From the NCBI GenBank assembly GCA_017512465.1, contig JAFWGH010000025.1, positions 1 to 52,662 of the forward strand: 52,662 nucleotides of DNA, written 5' to 3'. The notes under the pieces are model-generated. The model saw only the letters and a list, made by a program, of their open reading frames with translations, had not been told where the DNA came from and made no database searches. The first letter of the stretch is position 1, and each line of letters starts with the position of its first letter. Made by a program: the position numbers and the translations under genes. The DNA comes from Clostridia bacterium (lineage in GTDB: Bacteria > Bacillota > Clostridia > Oscillospirales > Acutalibacteraceae). This document shows positions 8,838-17,338 of this stretch, piece after piece.

Positions 8838-10054
8838 TTTAAATGAAATACGAATACTTCATTTGCTAATATTATTTCATCCCCGTCAAAAACTTGTACC
8901 GAGGAGTTTGCCTGAATCATATCGCCATTGACATAAGTATGATTTGTCGAGTTTTTATCAATTACAAAATAATCATTTCCGATTACGGTGATTTCCGCAT
9001 GACAACGGCTGACTGCATTGTTGTCGGCAATAGTATAATCGGTGCTGTCATAACTCTTGCCGATAAGAAAACTGCGCTTGGTAATATAAATCTTTTCGTT
9101 GGTGGCTTTGCGCACTAAATTCGGTGTGTTGAAGTTATTCATGCCGCCGCCTAAAACAGAGGTCTCTCCATAGTTAGTAAAACCCAATAAAGTGGTTTCA
9201 CCAAAATCGGATTCCGGATCCGGCAAAACAGTTTCATCTGCAGGCGATACCATTGTATCTTCCGTATCTTCTGCCTGCTCCTGCTCTGCCTGCTCTGCCG
9301 CAGGTTCTGCCAAAGTTTCCTCTTGCACAGAAGCTTCCGCCGTCTCTTCCGGGTGCTCTGATGCGGGTTTATCGATTGCCTCTTGTTCGGGCAATGCATC
9401 TTTCGCACATAATTGCACCCCGCAAAGCGAACAGTAATTGGCATCCATGCTGTATTCCTGCCCGCAGGAAGGGCAAACCTTCACTTGAGCGCTATCTTCT
9501 TCTTCTGAAATGTCTTCTGTCGGCTGCTCCTGACTCGGTTCATCGGTGTATGCATCTATCACAGCCTCAATAGGTGCAGCGCTTTGCGCACTCTCGCAAG
9601 CATCTAACAGTTCTTGCTTTAAAGTGTCATCAAACTGCGCCGCCGTTTCGCTCATGCCGAGAATAAACTCTTTTAAAAGCTCCGGCGCTTGCTGTGAGAG
9701 CGCAACGGGCGGTTGAATAAATAAAAATTGCTCTCCATCATAAAAAACGGTTTCAAAGCTTGCCAAAGACGACTGCAAAAAGTCTTCTTCAAAAACAAAC
9801 TTTAAAAACGCGCTGAAAGCGGCAAGCGCCTGCTCGGTGCCTGCTTGAGCCAGCTCATTGGAAAGCAGATTATATTGTTCTGAAAAATATGTAATTGAAA
9901 GCTCTTCGGGAGTTCTTTTCGCTTCAAAGCCAAAAGCCTGAGAGTCGGTAAAATCCGCCAATGCATCCCAACGCGACAAAACCAGGTGATCTTGATCCTC
10001 CCCGGTTAATACAAGTGTGATGGAATTGGTAGTTTTATCGGCGCTAAAATGCAC
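8834..10054 (-). CDS. Cytoplasmic protein with an unrecognised N-terminal domain of about 170 aa, a zinc ribbon, an acidic linker and a C-terminal FHA domain.
   Basis: Zinc ribbon CPSCGQEYSMDANYCSLCG, E/A/Q-rich linker, and FHA motifs IGKS...SRCHAEI...STNHTYVNG. It uses a GTG start 7 nt after GGAGGG. No TM segment was seen. Confidence 0.8.
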   Translation of the reverse strand: MHFSADKTTNSITLVLTGEDQDHLVLSRWDALADFTDSQAFGFEAKRTPEELSITYFSEQYNLLSNELAQAGTEQALAAFSAFLKFVFEEDFLQSSLASFETVFYDGEQFLFIQPPVALSQQAPELLKEFILGMSETAAQFDDTLKQELLDACESAQSAAPIEAVIDAYTDEPSQEQPTEDISEEEDSAQVKVCPSCGQEYSMDANYCSLCGVQLCAKDALPEQEAIDKPASEHPEETAEASVQEETLAEPAAEQAEQEQAEDTEDTMVSPADETVLPDPESDFGETTLLGFTNYGETSVLGGGMNNFNTPNLVRKATNEKIYITKRSFLIGKSYDSTDYTIADNNAVSRCHAEITVIGNDYFVIDKNSTNHTYVNGDMIQANSSVQVFDGDEIILANEVFVFHLN

Positions 10055-10293
10055 AAGCGCTCCCTCCTGTTCCCCGAAAATCGCATACTAAACCAAAAAA
10101 AATATACGACCTCATTACACAAAAATAATTATATAGTATTTTGTCGGAAAATGCAATAAAAATTTATAAGTTTTCCTTATTTTATCATTTCAAATGCTCT
10201 TTTCGCCGAAAAAATGCAATAAACAGCGCATTTTAACCCTTTTTGAACACTTAACAGGTGCATCCTGCCGACTGCTCTGCTTAAAAAATTATT

Positions 10294-10683
10294 TTAATTA
10301 TTTACAAATATAAAATTCAAATTTGCCAACGTAATCCTATCCTGATGGTGCAGCAAAATTTTTACATGCGGCTGTGCCTGATTACCGTTGACAAAAGATT
10401 TATTGGTAGAGTTGTTATCAACAAAAAACACATTTGCATTTTCCATGATCAATTGCGCATGATTTCTGCCCACATAGAGATTATCACCGATAACATAATC
10501 ATTGGATTCCCGACTTTTTCCCAAGCGGAAAACCGTTTTATTGATTGGAATATGCTCATTGGTATCTGCCCTTATGAGCGCACAGCCTCTGCCGGCAGAC
10601 GGCTGCGGACTTACCGAGCGCTCAACCTGCCGACTCTTTTGATGCTGTAGTGCTATAAAAGGGTCATAATAAATATTTGACAT
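10294..10683 (-). CDS. Small stand-alone FHA-domain protein.
   Basis: 129 aa with LGKS...GRNHAQL...STNKSFVNG. It starts 6 nt after the stop of the last T7SS helper gene, so it is the terminal gene of the T7SS/toxin operon. Confidence 0.85.
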   Translation of the reverse strand: MSNIYYDPFIALQHQKSRQVERSVSPQPSAGRGCALIRADTNEHIPINKTVFRLGKSRESNDYVIGDNLYVGRNHAQLIMENANVFFVDNNSTNKSFVNGNQAQPHVKILLHHQDRITLANLNFIFVNN

Positions 10684-10689
10684 TACTGA

Positions 10690-11007
10690 CTACCATATCC
10701 ACGGCAAACGATTTGCAGCATTGACTGCTTCAATCTGCGCCTGTTTGTATTTTTCGCCTGCACTTTTCAAGAATTTTGCATAACTTTCTATTGACTTGCG
10801 CATTGCTTCATAGGTGGAATCCCCGCCGCTGACAGTTGTCCATTTCGCACTGAACTCATAGGCATCCTCGCCCCGCCATTGGTGCATCATGGTGGAAACG
10901 GCAGTATCTGCATTACGCATATTCTTTTTCATTTTCTCGGTATAATCTAAAAGCGCATTTGCCGTTGTTTCAAACTTGCTGTGATCAACCTTAATATTGT
11001 ATCCCAT
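10690..11007 (-). CDS. WXG100-like small helical protein; candidate toxin helper/chaperone.
   Basis: MGYNIKVDHSKFETTANAL... with a WRGED (W-x-G) motif at mid-length. The track start at 11016 is a GTG that abuts the AAGGAG. The ATG at 11007 is better spaced, so that start was chosen. Confidence 0.75.
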   Translation of the reverse strand: MGYNIKVDHSKFETTANALLDYTEKMKKNMRNADTAVSTMMHQWRGEDAYEFSAKWTTVSGGDSTYEAMRKSIESYAKFLKSAGEKYKQAQIEAVNAANRLPWIW

Positions 11008-11019
11008 TTGCCGCACTCC

Positions 11020-11358
11020 TTATTTAAATAACTCACTCAATTTTTTGTTTTCCGACTCTGTTGTTTCATAGCCGATATCAACAGCTTCCGCCAAAAACTT
11101 TATGTATTGCTCCATTACCATGCTTCTCTGCCCCTCGGGGCCGACATAGGTTTGTTTCATTTTATTAAACTTATCAATCGCTTTGTTTGCCGCACTGCTG
11201 CTCCATGTAGCCTTTAGGGAATTCATAGAGGATTGTGCGCTGTTAAAATCCGTATCAAAACGCCGATTAATGGTAGAAAGTGTTCTAACCGCTACTTCAA
11301 CCGCGCCTGTATTGATACTCACTTCGTTTTTTCCGCCGCGTCTTTTTGTACCGCTCAT
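11020..11358 (-). CDS. ESAT-6/Lap-like small helical protein (no strict WXG); candidate toxin helper.
   Basis: 112 aa, predicted helical hairpin, with EVSINTGAVEVAVRTL near the N-terminus. Its C-terminal LSELFK resembles the LADAFK tail of the WXG100 protein at 16429-16734. Confidence 0.6.
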   Translation of the reverse strand: MSGTKRRGGKNEVSINTGAVEVAVRTLSTINRRFDTDFNSAQSSMNSLKATWSSSAANKAIDKFNKMKQTYVGPEGQRSMVMEQYIKFLAEAVDIGYETTESENKKLSELFK

Positions 11359-11372
11359 ATTGCAAACCCTCC

Positions 11373-11621
11373 TTACTTATTAAGTGCCGCTTTTGCATCT
11401 ATAGATGCCTGCACCATTCTGTCAATATGGGAAGGGCTTACAGAACACAGTGTACCATAGGCTGAATAATACTTTTGGATAACCGTGTGAATATAATCGG
11501 CACACTTATCGTTACCGACATTTTTGAAATCCTTCCTAAGCCCGTCTTCAATCGATTCAAGCTCTCGAATAATGCTTAACAACTCTCTTTGATAATCGCT
11601 TAATTGTGAACCTCTACCCAT
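11373..11621 (-). CDS. Small alpha-helical protein; candidate toxin helper.
   Basis: 82-aa ORF beginning 2 nt after the toxin stop. Its composition suggests a helical protein. No family was recognised. Confidence 0.55.
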   Translation of the reverse strand: MGRGSQLSDYQRELLSIIRELESIEDGLRKDFKNVGNDKCADYIHTVIQKYYSAYGTLCSVSPSHIDRMVQASIDAKAALNK

Positions 11622-11623
11622 AA

Positions 11624-13165
11624 TTAATTCAAATCTCCTTTTATTGATTCTTCTGCTTTATCAAATTCTCCGGCAATCTTCACCATTGCAAATGCGCAAC
11701 GCTCAAGATTATAAGAATAATCCAGCAATCTGCCCGCCCTGAGCAACGCCGCAAGGCGCGGAATGGCATCCCATTCAATATCTAAATGCCAATACATTTC
11801 ATTCATTTGCCAATCCAACTCCTTGGCGCGCTTGCAGGCATTGCTGAGCCGTTGGGCATACTCAACCATTTTGTTTGTATTAATTACGATTTGCGGATTC
11901 GCATTGGCATATTTGTAGCCTTCATTAAATGTTCGATTCCACCAATCGGCAACCCCTTGCCAAAAATCGTTGAATGCTTGCACAAATTCCGCAATTCTGT
12001 CCTTTGCCCAATTATAAATTTTTTCAACGACTTCTGCAATAAAGGTGACGACTGCAACCACGATGTCGCGGACAATTTCAAAAATGGCAACGGCAATTAA
12101 TGCGCCAATCGCTATCACGGCTACCACCAGTAAAACATAGGCGGTAACGGCAATTACCTTGACAATACCGAAAATCCCGACAGTGACTACGAGTGCACCG
12201 ATGATAAACTTACCTGCCGTTGTCAGCTTCCCATCTTCAAACATTTTTTCTTTCATCCACATAGCGCCTGTCCACAAAGTGGAAACACAGCCTACAACAA
12301 AGTCTCCTATCGGACCGGGTAAGTGGTCGAACCCTTCGGATACAACACTTGTGATATGTGAAAGGGGATCCTGCTCGCCTTCAATCAAATTGCCGTTTTC
12401 ATCATAAATCAAATGTTCGGTGCTGTGCCGCATAATAGGATAATTCCAATCGTCGTTTTCCTCTACTTGCACATATTTATAATCCACACCGGGCAAATCA
12501 TTCAACATCGTACCGACAAAACTCCATCGTGCATGCCGCATCACATCGCACATCTGCTGAATTTCATCATAGTGCGCTCGAATAAACTCATCCGAAAAAC
12601 CGGGTCCGTCAAGACTAAGGCAGTCCGTAATATTATCATCCAAGCCGTATTTTCCGGAAACAATGGTCGCATATTCCGCCAAATTACCGCCGAGCGAATG
12701 TCCGGTCATCGCTAAACTGTCATACCCGTCTAACAGGGAGCGGTTATTTGCAAGAAACTTTTCCACCTCTGCCTGCTGTGTCGTGCAAATGGAATTAAGC
12801 AATCTTAAATCACCGTTAATCCAGTCATTCTGCACATTGCTCAATGAATCCATGCCTTCACTGCCGCGAAATGCGACAGCCGCATTTCCCGGTGAAGTTT
12901 CAATCACACAGGCGGCAAAACCGGTATCGTTATTTGTGTCATATGCCGCAGAGATTTTCCAAGAGTTCATCTGCTCCGGTGTCAAGCAGTCCAGCGACTG
13001 CAGCTGCGACGCACTGACACCCGCCTTCTGTGCTGCTTCCTTTACTTCGGCAATAGTGAAAACCTTCTTTCCCGGGTTCTCCTTGAGTAATGCGTCATAA
13101 CCTTCTTTTAATTGCGCATAAGCTATTTGTGAAAACAAGCGCATTTCTTCATCGCTATAACCCAA
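11624..13165 (-). CDS. Candidate T7SS lipase toxin 2 with reverse architecture: N-terminal DUF2974/class-3-lipase-like alpha/beta hydrolase, hydrophobic segments, C-terminal WXG/LXG-like helical domain.
   Basis: AVAFRGSEG...MTGHSLGGNLA is a nucleophile elbow (GxSxG). A hydrophobic block of about 70 aa follows (GKFIIGALVVTVGIFGIVKVIAVTAYVLLVVAVIAIGALIAVAIF). The C-terminus GYKYANANPQIVINTNKMVEYAQRLSNACKRAKELDWQMNEMYWHLDIEWDAIPRLAALL is shared with the toxin at 13991-15619. Confidence 0.75.
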   Translation of the reverse strand: MGYSDEEMRLFSQIAYAQLKEGYDALLKENPGKKVFTIAEVKEAAQKAGVSASQLQSLDCLTPEQMNSWKISAAYDTNNDTGFAACVIETSPGNAAVAFRGSEGMDSLSNVQNDWINGDLRLLNSICTTQQAEVEKFLANNRSLLDGYDSLAMTGHSLGGNLAEYATIVSGKYGLDDNITDCLSLDGPGFSDEFIRAHYDEIQQMCDVMRHARWSFVGTMLNDLPGVDYKYVQVEENDDWNYPIMRHSTEHLIYDENGNLIEGEQDPLSHITSVVSEGFDHLPGPIGDFVVGCVSTLWTGAMWMKEKMFEDGKLTTAGKFIIGALVVTVGIFGIVKVIAVTAYVLLVVAVIAIGALIAVAIFEIVRDIVVAVVTFIAEVVEKIYNWAKDRIAEFVQAFNDFWQGVADWWNRTFNEGYKYANANPQIVINTNKMVEYAQRLSNACKRAKELDWQMNEMYWHLDIEWDAIPRLAALLRAGRLLDYSYNLERCAFAMVKIAGEFDKAEESIKGDLN

Positions 13166-13168
13166 TGA

Positions 13169-13972
13169 CTATTCCCCCTTCCCATGCAGTAGTTCCGCCA
13201 AACTTGCGGGTTCCGGATAAATTGTTTGTTCTTTAACGGAAAAAACCACGGTATTGATAAAATACTCATGAAACCGATTATCACTGAATTCCAGCGCATT
13301 ATCTATACCGGAAATACATTCCTCAAAGCGTTCTTTTTCAATGATATACAGCTCTACGGCGACTCCTGCCTGCAGCTCTCGGCTGAAATTAAGCAAACTA
13401 TCAAGAATGCTGTTTAAAGACGCCTGATCGGCTGTATCCGCACACATAAACAAGTCCAAAAGCACCGTTGAGACATGATACTTTTCAAAAAAATCTTTTG
13501 CGCAAAGCGCATCATCTCTTTCGGCACTGCAATCATCACACAACACTTTCGCCTTGCAATACAGGTGAAGTTCCGGTGCAAAATACTGCTCAAGCAACTG
13601 AGCTTCTATCTCGCGCATGCAGCGATTTCTGATGTAGTTGTCTTCAAGCGCCAAGGTGTCACTGTCTGCCACTACACGAAAAGTAACACCGGCTTCATCT
13701 TTGTAATAAACGGTCGCTGTTTTATAATTAAATCTGCCTCCGATAGCGCAAGCCGTAAAGCTTTTTTTATACTTTTCTTCCAGCTTCGGTGTGATAAGAT
13801 TGAGAACATATTCATTAAGATTATACTGCTGTGCGTATTCCTTCATATGTTCCGCATCAATGGCGTATTTTTGCAACTCTTCCGCAAGGGCGGAATCTAA
13901 GCTTATCTGCGCTTCGGGCGCAGTTTCCGCACCGACCGCTTCGGTTGCTTTGTTTTTTTCGGTTTCGCTCAT
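13169..13972 (-). CDS. Acidic leaderless protein; candidate immunity/chaperone protein and probable paralog of the lipoprotein at 15621-16322.
   Basis: 267 aa with no signal peptide. Motif-level similarity to the lipoprotein: LEEKYKKSF..GG...EDNYIRN versus INEKYDDDF..GG...YDNYADV. It lies directly upstream of toxin 2. Confidence 0.5.
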   Translation of the reverse strand: MSETEKNKATEAVGAETAPEAQISLDSALAEELQKYAIDAEHMKEYAQQYNLNEYVLNLITPKLEEKYKKSFTACAIGGRFNYKTATVYYKDEAGVTFRVVADSDTLALEDNYIRNRCMREIEAQLLEQYFAPELHLYCKAKVLCDDCSAERDDALCAKDFFEKYHVSTVLLDLFMCADTADQASLNSILDSLLNFSRELQAGVAVELYIIEKERFEECISGIDNALEFSDNRFHEYFINTVVFSVKEQTIYPEPASLAELLHGKGE

Positions 13973-13990
13973 AGTAACTCCTCTCCGGAT

Positions 13991-15619
13991 TTATAGCGCA
14001 GCAATAATATCCTTCTCAACTTTCTCGAAATCACTTGCGGTTTTCTTTAAATAATTAGAGCTTTTATCCAATCGGGTGGCATAATCGAGCCCTATACCGA
14101 CTTTTAACAGCATTGCCAGTTTCGGAATCGCATCCCACTCTATAAGCAAATGCCAATAATAGCTGTTCATCTCCGAATCCAATGTTTTTGCCCTTCTTGA
14201 AGCAGTATCCAACCGCTGTGCATAATCGCGCATTTTTGCGGTATGAATTTGAATATACGGGTTGGCATTTGCGTATTTATAACCGGGAGAGTTGGTGTAA
14301 AACCACTCTTTTATTGAGCTGATGAAATCTGAGCACTTCTTAAAGATGTCTCCTACCCATTGGGCAACATTTTGGCAAATATCCTTCAACTTGTTCAAAA
14401 CCACCTTGGCAAAACCGATGACTTGCTGAACAATGTGCGCGACTTCCGCAACAAAAGCAAAGATGGAAAGAACAGCACAAATACCCGTCGCAAGTCCTGC
14501 AGCCACAAATGCAGTTGCTATCGCACCGCCGATTCCGTAGTTTTCATACATATATTTAATTGCAAATTCACTAATGGATGCAACCACAACAGGTATGCCA
14601 ATCATATTAAATACGGCATAATCGAAAATATTGGCATCCGCACCGTCAAGTGACCCTCCGGTAAGCATATCAACAAAGGACATAAGCGCGGCTGCGCAGG
14701 AAGCTTGAACAGACTCCGGCAATAATGAAAGATTGTGATACAGTTGAGCGGAAAGCTGACTTAACGGGCCTTCGGTTCCATGGGTGATGTTTCCGTTTTC
14801 ATCTAACACCCAGTCAATGCCACTCGGCGTTAACATACCCAACATGTCATGAACATAGGAAAAATGAAACCCGCCGTCATCAACATAATGTAAATTCACA
14901 TAATACATATTTTCTTCGGGAACCAATCCTCCGCCGATAATGTCGTGAACCGGGTCATTATCTCCGTTGATGGAATAAATAAGATGACGCAACTTTTCAT
15001 AATTCGGATTATCCTTAAACCTTTCCATGGCATCCGGCGAAAAGCCCTGCCCGTCAAAAGAATAACAACCGTCAATTTCATTTTGATGCTTTGAAGTCAT
15101 CATCACATATTGAGCCTCGTTACCGCCTTTCGAATGACCTGTGACATACAAATCACCTTCACAGCCGTATTGATCTACAACATGATCAAAATAATCTCGT
15201 GCGGCCTCTTGCATATCTGTTGAAACATCTGTAAAGCCCTGGGCATTGTCACCCCATCTTCCATCGCCGGTGCCGCGGTATGCAACATAGACATCACCGG
15301 AATCGCTTTTGAAAGCGCAGGCTTGAATCGGATCATCCGTACAGCTGTCGCCGGAATAGTTGAAGAAATCTTTTCCTCCGTCTGTATGGTCATAATGGCT
15401 TTGGCTGATAAGCCTCATATTCCCCAGGTCATCACTGTTGTCACAAGCCTCTTTTAAAACCCTGAATTCCTCTTTGTCGGCAACAGATTTATAGTTCGGG
15501 CTTTTCTCAATATAATCAAGAATATCCTTCAATTTCATATTGTTGAAGCGTTTATCTTGAACATCTAAATAGGTGAACAAATCAAGATATACGGAACGAT
15601 TCGCAATTTTACTATCCAT
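13991..15619 (-). CDS. Candidate T7SS lipase toxin 1 with reverse architecture: N-terminal DUF2974/lipase-like hydrolase, hydrophobic hairpin, C-terminal WXG/LXG-like domain.
   Basis: VAYRGTGDGRWGDN...VTGHSKGGNEAQY (GxSxG). Hydrophobic segments are IGIPVVVASISEFAI and GIGGAIATAFVAAGLATGICAVLSIFAFVA. The C-terminus is GYKYANANPYIQIHTAKMRDYAQRLDTASRRAKTLDSEMNSYYWHLLIEWDAIPKLAMLL. Confidence 0.75.
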   Translation of the reverse strand: MDSKIANRSVYLDLFTYLDVQDKRFNNMKLKDILDYIEKSPNYKSVADKEEFRVLKEACDNSDDLGNMRLISQSHYDHTDGGKDFFNYSGDSCTDDPIQACAFKSDSGDVYVAYRGTGDGRWGDNAQGFTDVSTDMQEAARDYFDHVVDQYGCEGDLYVTGHSKGGNEAQYVMMTSKHQNEIDGCYSFDGQGFSPDAMERFKDNPNYEKLRHLIYSINGDNDPVHDIIGGGLVPEENMYYVNLHYVDDGGFHFSYVHDMLGMLTPSGIDWVLDENGNITHGTEGPLSQLSAQLYHNLSLLPESVQASCAAALMSFVDMLTGGSLDGADANIFDYAVFNMIGIPVVVASISEFAIKYMYENYGIGGAIATAFVAAGLATGICAVLSIFAFVAEVAHIVQQVIGFAKVVLNKLKDICQNVAQWVGDIFKKCSDFISSIKEWFYTNSPGYKYANANPYIQIHTAKMRDYAQRLDTASRRAKTLDSEMNSYYWHLLIEWDAIPKLAMLLKVGIGLDYATRLDKSSNYLKKTASDFEKVEKDIIAAL

Positions 15620-15620
15620 G

Positions 15621-16322
15621 CTACTTCTCCCAAGAAATACTCTCTATTTTTTGTGCATTGCGCATACGAATGCTTAATTGATTGGTATATTCGTGATTAA
15701 CAACAATCTTATTGGCTATGGAATAATCTGTTTCTAAGTCATCCGTGTAATTATCCAAAAAATAGATATTAACCATATCACAATACATGTGATTGACAAG
15801 TTTTTGTGTGAAAGCATCTTCAATTTCTTGAGCAGACAACTGCTTAGTGTTGTCAACATAAGCAATGATTGTAATACCTCTGTTTAACAAGTAATCCTCA
15901 AACGGCTTATCGGCATCAAAATTACTTGCACTGCCGCCGCTGATTAAATCTTTATACGGCTCATAATGGAAACGCGTATTTTTAAATATTTCAGATAAAG
16001 TGTCATTGATAGATTGATCTGCTTGTTTGCAATATTTCACATCAGCATAATTATCATAATACGCTTCTTCTTTTTTATCATAAATCAATGTCACCGGTAT
16101 TTCCGGATATTTTTTGCTCTTACATAGAATACTGATTTGTCTGTTGTCGCCCCAAGCTTTTCCGCCAAACTCTTCTAAATATTCGAAATCATCATCATAT
16201 TTTTCATTGATATAACTCTCCATCTTTTTTATGGAGTCTTTTCTATTCATACAGCCGCTTCCTCCCAGAACAAACAAAATTATCAGGAAAAATGGAATTA
16301 TTGTTTTTATAATCTTCATCAT
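15621..16322 (-). CDS. Probable lipoprotein; candidate extracytoplasmic immunity protein for the adjacent lipase toxin.
   Basis: MMKIIKTIIPFFLIILFVLGGSGC is a signal peptide with a Cys in lipobox-like context. It ends 1 nt before the toxin 1 start. The position mirrors the lipoprotein immunity genes next to S. aureus tslA. Confidence 0.6.
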   Translation of the reverse strand: MMKIIKTIIPFFLIILFVLGGSGCMNRKDSIKKMESYINEKYDDDFEYLEEFGGKAWGDNRQISILCKSKKYPEIPVTLIYDKKEEAYYDNYADVKYCKQADQSINDTLSEIFKNTRFHYEPYKDLISGGSASNFDADKPFEDYLLNRGITIIAYVDNTKQLSAQEIEDAFTQKLVNHMYCDMVNIYFLDNYTDDLETDYSIANKIVVNHEYTNQLSIRMRNAQKIESISWEK

Positions 16323-16368
16323 AAATCCTTATATTAAACAAGACAACGCTTGTAATTCTCAAATTAAA

Positions 16369-16408
16369 GCAATAGCTTAGGCAGGATTGCTCCTGCCTTT
16401 TCTATTGC
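16369..16408 (-). terminator. Long hairpin after the WXG100 pair; possible partial terminator/attenuator.
   Basis: gcaatag...ggcagga-gcaa-tcctgcc...ctattgc, located 20 nt after the esx stop and followed on the minus strand by TTTAATTT. Such a structure would enrich esx transcripts relative to downstream genes. Confidence 0.5.
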
Positions 16409-16428
16409 TGCCTTTCAAATAATGCGTA

Positions 16429-16734
16429 TTATTTGAAAGCATCGGCTAAGCTGACATTTTGAGTTTCTGTTGCCTCGTAATCCGCAGCAACATTTTGTCT
16501 CAAAAATACAACATAAGCCTTAATAATATCATAATAGTTTTGGAAATAGTTTGAAGCAAAGCTGTCGAAAGCACTAATCGTTGCTGTCGCTGCTTCACCC
16601 TGCCAAGTAGAATTAAGGCTCTTTATCTTATTTTGACTTTCCAATAAAGTTTCATTAAGCTTATTGTTAATGGATTCAATATTATCCGCAATTGACAAAA
16701 CTCTATCGGTACTAATTTTAATGGTTCCGGCCAT
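16429..16734 (-). CDS. WXG100 family protein (EsxB-like partner).
   Basis: 101 aa with IKISTDRVLSIADNI at the N-terminus and a central WQGEA motif. Confidence 0.85.
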   Translation of the reverse strand: MAGTIKISTDRVLSIADNIESINNKLNETLLESQNKIKSLNSTWQGEAATATISAFDSFASNYFQNYYDIIKAYVVFLRQNVAADYEATETQNVSLADAFK

Positions 16735-16757
16735 AACTTTTCTCCTTTCTAATAGAA

Positions 16758-17060
16758 TTAGTTAGCCAAACTCTTTGCAGCAGAGGTAATGGCATCTTGT
16801 CTCTGCTCATAGTTGGTTGCCTGTGTTTTCAAAGCTTCAGAACCGGTCATCAGCTTTCTCGCCATCAGATCCAACTCCTCGGTAAAACCTGTAATCTGAG
16901 CCACAAAAGCCTGATTATCTTCGCCCTGCCAAGCATCACCCATGGTGCTTGCATCCTGCATAAGCTGCTTTGCATAGTTGGAATAAGTCTGAGACAATTC
17001 CTCCAGCTGTCCGGCAACATTCTTCATTTGAGCAGGATCTGCCTGAATGGTTTTTCCCAT
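16758..17060 (-). CDS. esxA: WXG100 family protein (EsxA-like).
   Basis: 100 aa with IQADPAQMKNVAGQL at the N-terminus and a central WQGED motif. Confidence 0.85.
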   Translation of the reverse strand: MGKTIQADPAQMKNVAGQLEELSQTYSNYAKQLMQDASTMGDAWQGEDNQAFVAQITGFTEELDLMARKLMTGSEALKTQATNYEQRQDAITSAAKSLAN

Positions 17061-17084
17061 AATGTTCTCCTTTCTGAAAATAAT

Positions 17085-17336
17085 TTATATCAATATCAGT
17101 TTTGAACCGTTATGAATACCCAATTCATAAACCGATAGATTGATATTAAAAATGTCTCCTGTTTTGGCATCGCACAAAACAGATTCTGCGTTTGCTTTAA
17201 ACTTTCCGCCCGAGAGCTCCGTAAAAGTACCGCTCACAAGCTGAACAATCTCACTCATTTTGCTGGTCTGCGGAATAAAAACATCAAAAGACGTATTTGC
17301 TACCGGTACAAAAATTTCTACCAAAACTTTATCCAT
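17085..17336 (-). CDS. esaB: YukD/EsaB ubiquitin-like T7SS protein.
   Basis: 83 aa, MDKVLVEIFVP...GIHNGSKLILI, with beta-grasp-like length and pattern. It lies immediately downstream of essC. Confidence 0.75.
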   Translation of the reverse strand: MDKVLVEIFVPVANTSFDVFIPQTSKMSEIVQLVSGTFTELSGGKFKANAESVLCDAKTGDIFNINLSVYELGIHNGSKLILI

Positions 17337-17338
17337 TT

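Noticed and set aside
11786-15393. Various internal + and - strand ORFs overlapping the lipase toxin genes (for example 12663-13100 and 14360-14653).
   Set aside because: They are alternative-frame ORFs inside well-supported long CDSs and show no independent coding signal.
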